Shown: positions 32,901-44,449, counted from the first letter of the stretch. The stretch is DNA of 64,000 nucleotides from Octopus vulgaris (GCA_951406725.2 OX597817.1:77066001-77130000), one strand, 5' to 3'. Numbers and translations: made by a program. The notes: generated by a model from the sequence alone, not told the origin.

Positions 32901-34958
32901 TAGCTTGATAGCATTTCTACCAGGGATATGCTGGGGTCAGATCCATTAACTAAACATATATCCCTACAGATACTTTAGCTTAGAAATATTAATATCATTA
33001 ATATTTAGAGGCATTCATTTTTATTTTTTATGTCCGTCAATAAAGCTGTGTCTACAGTAATTCATAAACAAGTCTTAAAAAAGTGAGAATTAATAAGTAT
33101 TTCTTTTTTTATGGCTAATTGTGGAAAATATTCATTGATAAAATTTACATTTTTCACATTTCTTTCTTTCTGTCTTTCTTTCATGCACGGAGATTTATAA
33201 ACCACCACGGTCTTCCTCCAAGCAAGTTTGTTTCATTGGAAATCTCAAATGGCTTCTGAATCAAGAAATCCTTTCATTTATTGATGATTGTGAAAAGATC
33301 ATCTTTTCTCATTTTCTTTTCCATATTTTTTTTTTTTAATTGTAATGTATGTATATATTAGTGTTTCGTTACACAGATTGCAAAGATTAAATAAACTTGT
33401 AGCTGATTCCGCAGAAGTAGGAGGGTATACAAAAGTAAAGACTTTCACTTCTCCTTTTTTTTTTTTTTTTTGAAAAAAAATGAGTACCATCTTTCTGTGG
33501 ATAAATATAAAGATATATATATGTATATATATCTATATATATATGTAAGTATGTTTGTATGTAGATGTATCTTTTCACTTTTCTTTCTGTCTTTCATTCT
33601 TTGATCTTTCAGATATTGTTCTATTTCTCATTTGTCATCGCATTTCAGATATGTGTTATCATCGTTATTTGTGTTTGCTTTAAGCCTATGTCCAGCCATC
33701 TGTGTTTGTGTGTGTATTTTTTTTTTTAAACTTTTTTTTTAGGCCATCTTGAGGAGTGCAACTTATAAGTTAGGCACTAAAAGTCAGAAATTAGACATAT
33801 AATGGTCTGCTACTCTTCAGCTCAAAGTGTCGCTCCATGAATCGTTCCCATGGTACTTCACTGAAACCAGAAGAAAAGAAATCCTCTCCTCAGAAAACCT
33901 TGTGCTTGTCTTGGATATTTGTCAAGCATCATTCATTCTACATATTCTTATGGGCTTCTTCAGATTCTCTCTCTTTCTCTCTGTTTAATCATGTCACCCT
34001 TTCTCTCTCTTTCTCTCTGCTTATTTATATCTCTCTTTCTCTTGTTTTTTTCCTTTCTGTGACATAATATATTTTCTTTTCTTTTTTGGATTTTTTTGAA
34101 CTCCCCAATTCTTTCCTACTCACATTCCACACAAAGTCTTTCTCTTCATTTCTCACTCTTCTTCCTACTTCACCCTTCCCCTAACCCAGCATTTTCACGT
34201 TTCCTCTCTCTTTTTTTTTTTTTTTTCAAAATTGCTTTCCCCTTTATTTGATGGTTCCACAGTCTCAACAAGCTATTCAAAAAAGACTTATCTTAGGACA
34301 AAAAAAAAGAGAGAGAAGAATTGTTCTTTACGTTCTTTAAAAATTTCTGATAAAAAAAAATACCCTCTGACTAATCTGTTCTTAAGTAAAATTGTGGCAT
34401 AAAATTTTGTAACAAAGGGATTAAAAAAAAATAAAGGCATGGTGAAGATATTTATTTTCCCTGCTCTTAAAGGGAAATGAAAAGAAAAAAAAAAACAAAA
34501 GACTACCTAGAATGAATTAGTTCAGTACAACGAAGAGGAAGGGTGGGAGAAAAAATCTATGCATAATATTTCTATGATTCAATCAAACTCTTGTATAGAT
34601 AATTTATAACAAGAAATGTAATTTTTGGAAAAATAACAAAAACAAAACCAACAAACAAACCATGATGTGCTCTATGATATTGCTCTTTACTCATTTACTA
34701 GTTACAACTAGAGAACTGTGACCATATTGGGGCACCATATGTAATTGAAATCATGTTGATTCTACAGATATTTATTTTTAAGCATTGATTTTTGACTGAT
34801 AATAATCCAGAGACCAGAGATGCTTCATGCTCAAAATTTCGTAATTTTATGGCCATTTACTGTTGTCTATTTGTATTCTAGATATGTGAACAATTTTAGA
34901 GCTAATATATATGTGTATGTCTATATATATATCTTTAATAATAATAATAATAATAATT

Positions 34959-35203
34959 ATCCATGGATGGAATTTATAAATATTTTACTGCATCACTATG
35001 TGCGTTTCCAAACATCACATGTTTCTTAAGATCATAGTCCATATTAGAAATGAATGCCTGAACAGTCTCAACCTGATGTCCACAGATGCTATGGACTGTA
35101 CTGTAATCATCCCAGGAATATGGACTATGATCATAAGAAACATTTGATTTGTGGAAACAGGCGTAGTGAAGCATTAAAATATTTATAAATTCCATCCATG
35201 GAT
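34959..35203. repeat. Long intronic inverted repeat (~85-bp arms) embedded in (TAA)/(TTA) tracts
   Basis: ATCCATGGATGGAATTTATAAATATTTTA...GATCATAGTCCATATT pairs with AATATGGACTATGATC...TAAAATATTTATAAATTCCATCCATGGAT. Confidence 0.9.
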
Positions 35204-35492
35204 TATTATTATTATTGTTATTGTTATTATTATTATTATTATTGTATTTATCCTACATTATATCGGCACAACATGATGTGACCAAAAGTAGTGGTATTGC
35301 CATTTGTCATCATTAGGTTGCAGCTAGCATAATAGAATAGGAGGTCTTATATGCATATTCAAAATGATTCCCATAAATGAACTAAAAGGAAATGTATATA
35401 TATATATGTATAATATTGTATTTTTGTTCAAGTCAGTCTCTTGCTACTCTGAGTTTCATGTGTAGGTGTCCAAGATCTTTAAGCAGTCACAA

Positions 35493-35540
35493 CTTACCTG
35501 ATGATCCTGTAAGCCTACAGGTGAAACTCAAAGTAGCAAG
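35493..35540 (+). ncRNA. Minimal type-I hammerhead-ribozyme-like motif (Penelope-type), probably decayed
   Basis: CTTAC-CTGATGA-T-CCTGTA-agcc-TACAGG-T-GAAA-CTC-a-AAG-TA-GCAAG: both core boxes intact and a 6-bp stem II; stem I and stem III each have one mismatch. Confidence 0.6.
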
Positions 35541-36109
35541 AGACTGATTCAACCATAATAAAGTACTCTTTCTTCTGACAGTTCACACTAAATGGATATA
35601 TATATATATGAAGCATAAAGTCAGGAGGTGTGAGAAGTGAAGATATATTTATTTTTTCTCGCGTGACTTCCATATGATTACAGCTGTTTCATAACATTTT
35701 TCATGTATTATTGATTTCAGTAGTCAAAAATCATACACACATGTCTGCATCAATATACAAGCTCAGCATTACACAATTGTATATTTTACAAATTAATGCA
35801 AATAAACAAAGCTAACACATCAGATCACTGACACATCATGGCTACATCTATGATTCAACTCTGAGTGTGAATGCATGCATGTGTGTGACTGTGTGTGAGT
35901 ATGTATGTGTGCATATATAATCTATGCAGGCATGGCTGTGTGGTTAAGAAGGTTGCTTCCCAACAACATGGTTTCATGTTCAGTCCCACTTCAAGGCACC
36001 TTGGGCAAGTGTCTTCTCCTATAGCCCCAGACTATATATATATATTCAGACACACCCTGTTTATTACTGTAGATGTAATGTGTTATCCAACCCTGTCAAT
36101 AAATTTTAA

Positions 36110-36160
<51 letters not shown>

Positions 36161-36399
36161 TGATATATAGTATTTTATCCCCATGAGTCGTCTATTCAAA
36201 TGATATTTTGAGTTGCTTTTCTTAGAAACTATTATTCATATCAGAGATATTTCATATATACAAATCAGCTTTCGCAATTTAATATCATTCTTTAATATTT
36301 TCACCATTTGCAATGTGTATAGATATCTCATACAGCTGACAAATCAGAAATGCATAGACAATTACAGAAATAGATATACGAAAGTATATGTTATCTTAC

Positions 36400-36514
36400 C
36401 CTGTATTTATATGCATATTGCTTTGTAAAGATCCAGGCGGAGGCTGCGGACCTTGGCTTCCCCAGTGGTTATAATTGGTCATACCGCTTAGATCAGTATT
36501 GAGAGCAAAGTCGT
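36400..36514 (-). CDS. MEF2: MEF2 exon not in the ORF track: DFALNTDLSGMTNYNHWGSQGPQPPPGSLQSNMHINT(G)
   Basis: Acceptor cctgtttcag|AC, donor AGG|gtaaga; 115 nt, phase 1-2, fitting the phase-2 acceptor of the last exon. DF.L..DLS resembles the MEF2 (D/E)YSL.SADLS segment. Confidence 0.88.
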
Positions 36515-36617
36515 CTGAAACAGGTGAAGAGTGTAAAGTATATAACAGTTGTTAGTTTATAAGGCTGGTTCAACTAATCAACAAATGTCATCAAAATAAG
36601 ACACATAGACAGATAGG

Positions 36618-36699
<82 letters not shown>

Positions 36700-36800
36700 G
36701 ATAGAGAGACAGATTAATAGCTAGATATATATACATATATAGTCTGATTGACAAACAGAGAGAGTGAGAAAGAGATGGGTAGATATGTAGTTAGACAAAC

Positions 36801-36859
<59 letters not shown>

Positions 36860-39017
36860 TTGAGAGAGAGAGAGAGAGAGACGAGACAGACAGACAGAAA
36901 CAGAGATAACAAATTACATGATTTCTCTGTATTTAGACTTTTGATACCAACCCACCAGAAACCATCTTTGATCCACATAAAAGCCTACTGCTTTAAAGAT
37001 GTCTAGATTAGAATATCCTACCAAAATTTCATATTAAAATTATGTTCCAAGCATAATTAAAACAAGGCTTTAATTATATATATTCATCTAACCCATGCTT
37101 CCATGGAAGAACGTACATAAAAATAAATGAAACACTTTAGGCCATAGTTGGGATTGTTTTGAGTGGAGTCATATTCTTGGCTTGTTTATCTGCAGATCAA
37201 ATTGGAGACTGAGAGGTTCCATGATTAAATATGCTTCAGCCAAGGCTACCCATCCTATTTTCAGATATAATGCATCTAGGACTCATCACCATCATCATTT
37301 AACGTCTGTTTTCCATGCTGGCGTGGGTTAGATGGTTTGACTGTAACTGGTAAGCCAGAGAGCTGCATGGTTTCTATGGCTGGATGCCCTTCCTAACACC
37401 GACCCCTCAAAGAGTGTAATGAGTGCCTTTTAAGTGCCACTGACATGGGTGCTTTTATGTGCTAGCAGCATGGGTGCCAGTTACGTGACACTGGCATCAG
37501 CCACAACTTTCATCTCACTTGGTTTGATGAGTTTTCTCAGACATAGCTTACTGCCAAGGGTCTTGGTCACTTGGCTTCCATGAGGCCCAATGTTCAATGA
37601 TCATGCTTCATCACCTTGTCCTATGTCTTCCTGGCTCTACCTTTTCGGGAGGTTTCCTCTACATTTAGAGATCAGCACTATTTAATGTAATCTTCCATAT
37701 TATTAAACCCTTTTGATACCAATCCAGCTAAGACCAACATAGATCTGTGATACAACCTTCCAGTCATAAGGTGATCTGAATTATGACCTTTCATCAACAT
37801 TTCATGTGGATTTGTACCAAACACCAAGTTAATCTTTAAATTATTTGACAATATAGGCACAGGTGTGGCTGTGTGGTAAGAAGCTTACTTCCCATCTACA
37901 TGGTTCTGGGTCCAGTCCCACTGCGTGGCACCTTGGGCAAGTGTCTTCTACTATAGCCTCAGGCAGACCAAAGACTTGTGAATAGATCTGGTAGACGGAA
38001 ACTGAAAGAAGCTTGTCATATATATATGTGTGTGTGTGTGTGTGTATGTGTGTGTGTGTGTATGCATTTGTGTGTCTGTGTTTGTCACCATACAATCACT
38101 TGACAATCGATGTTGGTGTGTTTACGTCCCCGTAACTTAACAGTTCGGCAAAAGAGACTGATAGGCTTAGAAAGAATAAGTCCTGAGGTCGATTTGTTCA
38201 ACTAAAGGCAGTGCTCCAGCATGGCCACAGTCAAGTGACAGAAACAAGTCAAAGAATAAAATTCTTCATTATTCCTAAAATTAATTGAGACAAAGGTGTA
38301 TTTCAACAGAAATATGTTAATAGAAGTATTAAGATGGTAGTTGTGATTTGAAGGAGATTTGGTTGCTAACTCTAGCAGGTTGAGTAATGAGGAAGAGGTT
38401 CTCTCAATGTGTTGTAGTTGGAGTATTTGTTTTCACATGTGGATGTCCTCTCTAGTGCACACTGACCAAACAGAATGAGACGACTGGGTGCAGCTGTTTA
38501 GGAATTTAGAATTTGGCACAGCTGATTGGCCATTCAGTTTAATTTGGTGACAGAACTTTTTAGCATAGAAGCAGGCACACATACACCAACACACACATGA
38601 ACAAATAGATATGCATAGAGATGAAAAAGTGAGAGAAAGACAGAGATTGTAATTCATTAACTGAACAAGATTGACTTAAAAACTTTTCCTGTCTTCATAC
38701 GCTTAAAGAAAAATATGCTCACACACAAAAGCACAGATTGAGGGAGAAAGAGAGAGAGAGTGGGGTGAGTGAAAGAGAGAAAGAGAGGGGGTGAGCGAGA
38801 AAGAGAAAGAGAGAGTGGGTGGGCGAGACAGAGAAAGAGAGAGAGGTGGAGTGAGAGATGTTACAATTTATTGACTGAACACAGCTGACATACAAACTTT
38901 CCCTCTCCTCATACACATAAATGGAAATGTACTCACACACAAAGACACAGAGAGACAGATTGAAGAAAGAAAGAGAGAGTCATGGAAATATTGATGAAAT
39001 ACGTTGAGTTGACTTAC

Positions 39018-39065
39018 AATCTGGAGATCCTTGTGTGCGGTCAACATACATCTGGTTGTGATTGT
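39018..39065 (-). CDS. MEF2: Putative 48-nt frame-preserving cassette exon of MEF2: (N)NHNQMYVDRTQGSPD(Y)
   Basis: Acceptor ttattttgtag|AC, donor ATT|gtaagt; length divisible by 3 and open in phase 1-1 as this intron requires. No recognisable homology. Confidence 0.6.
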
Positions 39066-39475
39066 CTACAAAATAAGAATTTACATAAAATTCTACAAAT
39101 AATAGATATTACATGTGAACATGTCTGGAAGAACATTGAGTAGAAAATGAAGAAGATAAATTCTAATAACTGAGCAAGTGTATACATACATATACGTATA
39201 TATACTTTCTTTTTTATTTGTTGGCTAACGAAGCTTCCAATGGTTTCATGCAGAGACTTCTCAGCAATTATCAAGCTTGCCACACAGGACGTTGGTAGTC
39301 TTTTCCATTGTCAATGAGAATATTTATCCACCAAAGTGGTGTAGAACACTCATTCTCATTGTTTGATATTAGCGCGAACACACACGCACATATATATATA
39401 TATACATATATATATACATATATATATATATATACATATATATACATATAAATACATTTACATATACATATACAC

Positions 39476-39554
<79 letters not shown>

Positions 39555-39601
39555 TGTATATATATATATATACATATATATGTATGTATGTATGATGTAT
39601 G

Positions 39602-39640
<39 letters not shown>

Positions 39641-39952
39641 ATGCAAATGTTCATTTAAATATATTCATATCTTAATGCTTGTTTTAATGTTAAAATAAGA
39701 AAAATTTTACATTGAACTGAAGGTTTACTCAATACATTTGATAGAGTACAAATTTATTATTCCCTAATGAGAATAATATTAACTTAGCTGGCCAAAACTT
39801 TGAAGTTTTGACCAGCTAAGCCATTATTAGGCTGTGGTATATCTCAGCTTGTCTTGGCTTTTTATAACCTCTGTAAAGTTAAAACTTTCTAGGGTAAGCT
39901 GTACTTCACTGAATGATAATTAGATTGCATGGTAGTCTATGGTGGAACAGTG

Positions 39953-39986
<34 letters not shown>

Positions 39987-40014
39987 GCATACATACACAC
40001 ACACACACATATAC

Positions 40015-40047
<33 letters not shown>

Positions 40048-40210
40048 TATACATATAGACATACATATACATATATATATATGTATATGTATGTGTCTAT
40101 ATATATCATCACCATCAAAAGATGATGATGATGATGATATATATAGACACATATGCATATGTATATATACATATATATACATATATATATACACACACTC
40201 ATACATATAC

Positions 40211-40250
<40 letters not shown>

Positions 40251-41360
40251 CACACACATATATATTTATATATATATATATACATTGATACATAGTGTAT
40301 GCACATGATATATGTATATGATCATGTATGTAAATACACATACACATATATGTTAATATTTTTATAATATGGTATTACAGATCCATTTCAGCTGATTTTA
40401 CCCACTGGTTTCATGCATGATGAGTGTAGAGATTAGGTTTCTCAAGCTCTCATGTTTAAAACTGATTGGTAAGATTGGTTGAATATAATACTGTATTGTA
40501 TGAATATTAATATGCCTGCTTTGTTGATAAAGATACAAATGCCTGCTTCTTTTTTCTTGACTGATGGGCTCTTATATGACTGCATATATATTTATATGTA
40601 GATATTTGTGTGTGTATGTGTGTGTATCTGTGTGTGTGTGTATGTGTGCGTGCATGCGTGCATGTATCTGTGTGTGCGCGTGCGTATACACATCTGTGCA
40701 TATAAATATATAAGTATGTATATAGCAACAATCACAAAAATATGCCTGAAATAAGAGGCAAAATAAACAGGTACCTATCTATATATAGATATAGACAGAT
40801 ATATCTATTTATACATATAAACACACACGCACACACACACACATATACAAAATGTAGAGGGTTGACCACTTCAGATGTTTTTTAAATATGCTAGGCCACT
40901 GGTTTTAATTAATATCAATTTCTACCCTTATTTAATTTTAAATATATATATATATATATATATATATTGAGGGTGCATGACATAGTGGTTAGGCTGTTGC
41001 ACTCAAGATAAAGCGATTGTGGTTTAAATTCTTAGACTGAGTGGTGCATTCATCTCACGGTGCTCTGTGATTAATTTGACAACTGATGTGTGGTACAGAG
41101 TGCACCCCTTCAGACAACATTGATTTGATGGAGGGAGTGAACTAATGTGCAACACATATATTTGATTACTATGAAAAAAAAACATTTGTGCAGGTCATTT
41201 GGCAAAACCTGAATACCCATATGTCATCCTGAACGGGGAGAGTCCATCATATATATGAATGTTTCTCAAACTTTTTACCCTTGTGTAAAATAAATTACAT
41301 GTCTCAAGGAACCCCTTCACAAAATAGTCATATATCATATCTTTCTCATATATTTTTCAA

Positions 41361-41676
41361 TACCGCATCGCCTTACTAGCACTTGTGCCGGTGGCATGTG
41401 AAATATTCGTCGCCAGTGCCGCTGGACTGGCTCCTGTGCAGGTGGCATGTAAGAAGCACCATTTGGGCGTGGCCGTTGCTAGTACCACCAAACTGGCCCT
41501 CATGCCGGTGGCACGTAAAAGCACCCACTACACTCTCGGAGTGGTTGGCATTAGGAAGGGCATCCAGCTGTAGAAACTCTGCCAGATAAAGATTGGAGTC
41601 TGGTTCACCAGACCTCAGTCAAATCGTCCAACCCATGCTAGCATGGAAAGCCGACGTTAAATGATGAAGATGATGA
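41361..41676 (+). mobile_element. Non-autonomous element with an RTE-LINE-like 3' tail; related ends at about 1-180, 37285-37680, 49600-49830 and 53930-54200 (minus)
   Basis: Internal tandem GCCGGTGGCA(C/T)GTAA units and the tail CCCATGCTAGCATGGAAAG..GACGTTAAA(TGA)n recur in the window; 37600-37650 on the minus strand encodes an RGR.RKT..KV..HD-like RTE end. Confidence 0.65.
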
Positions 41677-41831
41677 CGTAGTTCATGTGGTAAATAGCAT
41701 ATATATATATATATATTGAAGTTACCATTAGCTTATCTCACTCATTCTTGCAGAACTCCTAGGAACCTTTTGCAGCTTTATGGCATATCATCAGATCCCA
41801 AAACATGTTGGCCCATGACCTCTTAAAAATA

Positions 41832-42273
41832 TGGAGGGGGAAATGCCTCACTACACATGAAATGACCTGCATGAAATGGGAGCCAACTAAGGATGGTGGC
41901 TATCAACTTCCAGCTGTGCCACCATCTTGTGGGCTCCAAAAAGCTAGAAAGAACCTCTTGAAATGTAAAGATGGCTGGAAAATTTCCATTCTGGAGTTAA
42001 GGATGTTCCCTGCTGAAGAAGACCAGAAAGTACAGCACCAACAACACATGCCCACTGAGATACATTGGATGTTCCGGGAACTCTTTCAAGCAGCGTCTTT
42101 CCAACCACAGATCTTCCTTCAGAGTTCCAGAAAGAGGATACGCAATTTCACTGGCCAGCCACGTCTGGTAACTAAGAGAAGATGTGATTCCATACCTGAT
42201 CTCATGGAAAATCTTTGAGAACCCAGGCCCCTACATCAACGGGACAAATTGTGCAAATTATTGTATGTTGTAA
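41832..42273 (+). mobile_element. Penelope-like retroelement GIY-YIG endonuclease remnant
   Basis: From 42061: YIGCSGNSFKQRLSNHRSSFRVPERGYAISLASHVW*LREDVIPYLISWKIFENPGPYING; upstream G.KCLTT-like segment. Matches the PLE pattern YIG...FK.R..NH.SSF...L..H.W.L....Y.I.W.I, with an in-frame stop. Confidence 0.8.
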
Positions 42274-42694
42274 CAAACAGTTGACCATCTATAAATATTT
42301 CGTGTTGTAAATAGTCTCTTCTTAATGGAGACAAGGATAAACACAAAACTGAGTTATAACATGAATTTCAACACTACAATGTGCACACACACACACACAC
42401 AAACACACATCACATGCATGCATATATATATATGAATATATGTATCTGCTTACGTATTTATGTGTATATGTGCAAATGTCAGATAGTAGGTATGATGTTT
42501 GAGGAATGTGTTTTTTTGCCAGTATGACATGGGTGTTACATAGGAGAAGTCTGCAAAGCTGGCAGAAAAATCAGTTATATACACACACATACACACACAC
42601 ACATGCATAAAAATACATAAGCATTATCATAATGTATCTAAAATTTAAACATGTGTGTGTGTTTATATATATATATATATATATGCATATTCAT

Positions 42695-42769
<75 letters not shown>

Positions 42770-42824
42770 TGTAAACTCAAGAGTTGTATTATTTTGGAAA
42801 GAGGCAACAACAAATTTCACTCAC

Positions 42825-42933
42825 TTGGCTGAAAAGAGTTTGGAAGCGCGGACGGATAACTGGAACCTGGCATTCCAGGATTTGTCATTGATCCTATCGA
42901 GGTACCAAGCACATTGGTGTTCCTTGGTTGTGA
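42825..42933 (-). CDS. MEF2: MEF2 exon not in the ORF track: [36 protein letters not shown](N)
   Basis: Acceptor gtatttcag|TCA, donor CCAA|gtgagt; 109 nt, phase 0-1, bridging the neighbouring exon phases. YPSAL matches the MEF2 YPSA motif. Confidence 0.88.
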
Positions 42934-43014
42934 CTGAAATACAATCAAAAACAAAAAAAGAATGAATAGACGCAAATTGTTGTTAATCTGTAAACAGTGA
43001 CTGAGGTTGTACTG

Positions 43015-43316
43015 TCAGTAGTAGTAGTAGTAGTAGTAGTAGCAGCAGCAGCAGCAGTAGTAGTAGCAGTAGTAACAGCAGTAGTAGTAGCAGTAGCAGA
43101 AATAGTAGTAATAGTAGTAGTAGTGGCAGCAGCAGCAGTAGTAGTAGTAGTAGCCGTAGCAGTAGTAGCAGCAGAAGTTGTAGTAGTAGTAGCAGCAGCA
43201 GTAGCAGTAGTAGTAGTAGCAGCAGAAGTTGTAGTAGCAGCAGCAGTAGTAGCAGTAGTAGTAGTGGCAGTAGCAGCAGCAGTAGTAGTAGCAGCAGCAG
43301 CAGTAGTAGTAGTAGT
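43015..43316. repeat. Mosaic (GTA/GCA)n trinucleotide tract
   Basis: Directly visible; explains the poly-V/A, T/A and Y/C pseudo-ORFs. Confidence 0.95.
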
Positions 43317-43837
43317 CCAAATCATCTTCATGTTCAATAAAAATTCCATTACAAGGTCAAAGCAATGGTTAAAGAAGTTACTGTGGGTCAGTCATTATTG
43401 ACTTGATGGTCCAGAGTAGAATCACTGTTAGAAACTAACAATAAGACTTCTAGAGGAGCCAATGAAGGGGGCCCCTAGAGAAACAAATAAGGAACCTATA
43501 TAGTCAATGGAGTGGGAGGGCTTCTCAGCCAACAAAAGGGTTTCTTGCCATTCAATGAAGGAGCATGTAGCCACCAATTGAGAGTGCTTCAAGCAACACA
43601 GTGAGAGGAGCTGCCAGCTACCCCATGAGGAAACCTTTATGAGGTAATGATGGGAGCTTCTGCAAGGGTTGCTCAACCTACTAGAAATAGTAACAATATC
43701 GTTCTCACTCTCAAATCATACATTGTTGTCTTATGAACTCATTGAGTAATGTGGTCCTTGATAAAGTATAACTGATTGATTAAATAGAAAAGACCAAGAC
43801 AAGATGGTCAAGGCTAGAATGCTTTTTATGATTATAA

Positions 43838-44345
43838 TAACAACAACAACATACAGAGTATTGAATCATCAAAGGAACTGCTACATATTTGCTTGACCTG
43901 CATGGAATGGGAGCCAACTAAGCATTAAGTTTCACAGTTTCGTTTTTTAAAGAAGGACACACTGGATGATTTAATTTCTTCCAAATATATGGAAGCATGG
44001 GACATGTCACAACAAGAACATCTCTGATTTTAGATTTAGCTCCTCCTCATTCGACCCCTTCATGAAACAAAACAAAAAAAATGGCTGAACATTGACTGCA
44101 ACAAAAACAACAAACGCAGTATTGAGCCATCGAAGGGCCTGTTAAACAACTGCTTGACCTGCATGAAATGGGAGCCAACTAAGCATTATGCCACACCATT
44201 TCATATCTAAAAGAAGTACACAGATTCACTCCCTGTCTAATATATTGAAACATGGAACAGGACATTTCAACAAGAACATTTCTGATCTTAGATTTAGCTC
44301 CACCTCATTCGACTCCTTCATCAAGCAAATAAAAAAAAGCTGAAT
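43838..44345. repeat. Diverged tandem duplication, two units of about 250 bp
   Basis: Both units contain GCTTGACCTGCATG.AATGGGAGCCAACTAAGCATT and TAGATTTAGCTCC.CCTCATTCGAC.CCTTCAT. Confidence 0.85.
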
Positions 44346-44449
44346 TGAGCCTAAACAATGACAGCAACAACAATGAGAACAATAAAAACAAAAGCAGTGA
44401 CAATATTACCAATGGGAGAATATGACAAGATACTAGCAACAGTAGTTAC

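Noticed and set aside
42945-43401. Mucin-like T/A-rich and V/A-rich ORFs
   Set aside because: Trinucleotide repeat inside an intron; the real exon starts at 42933.
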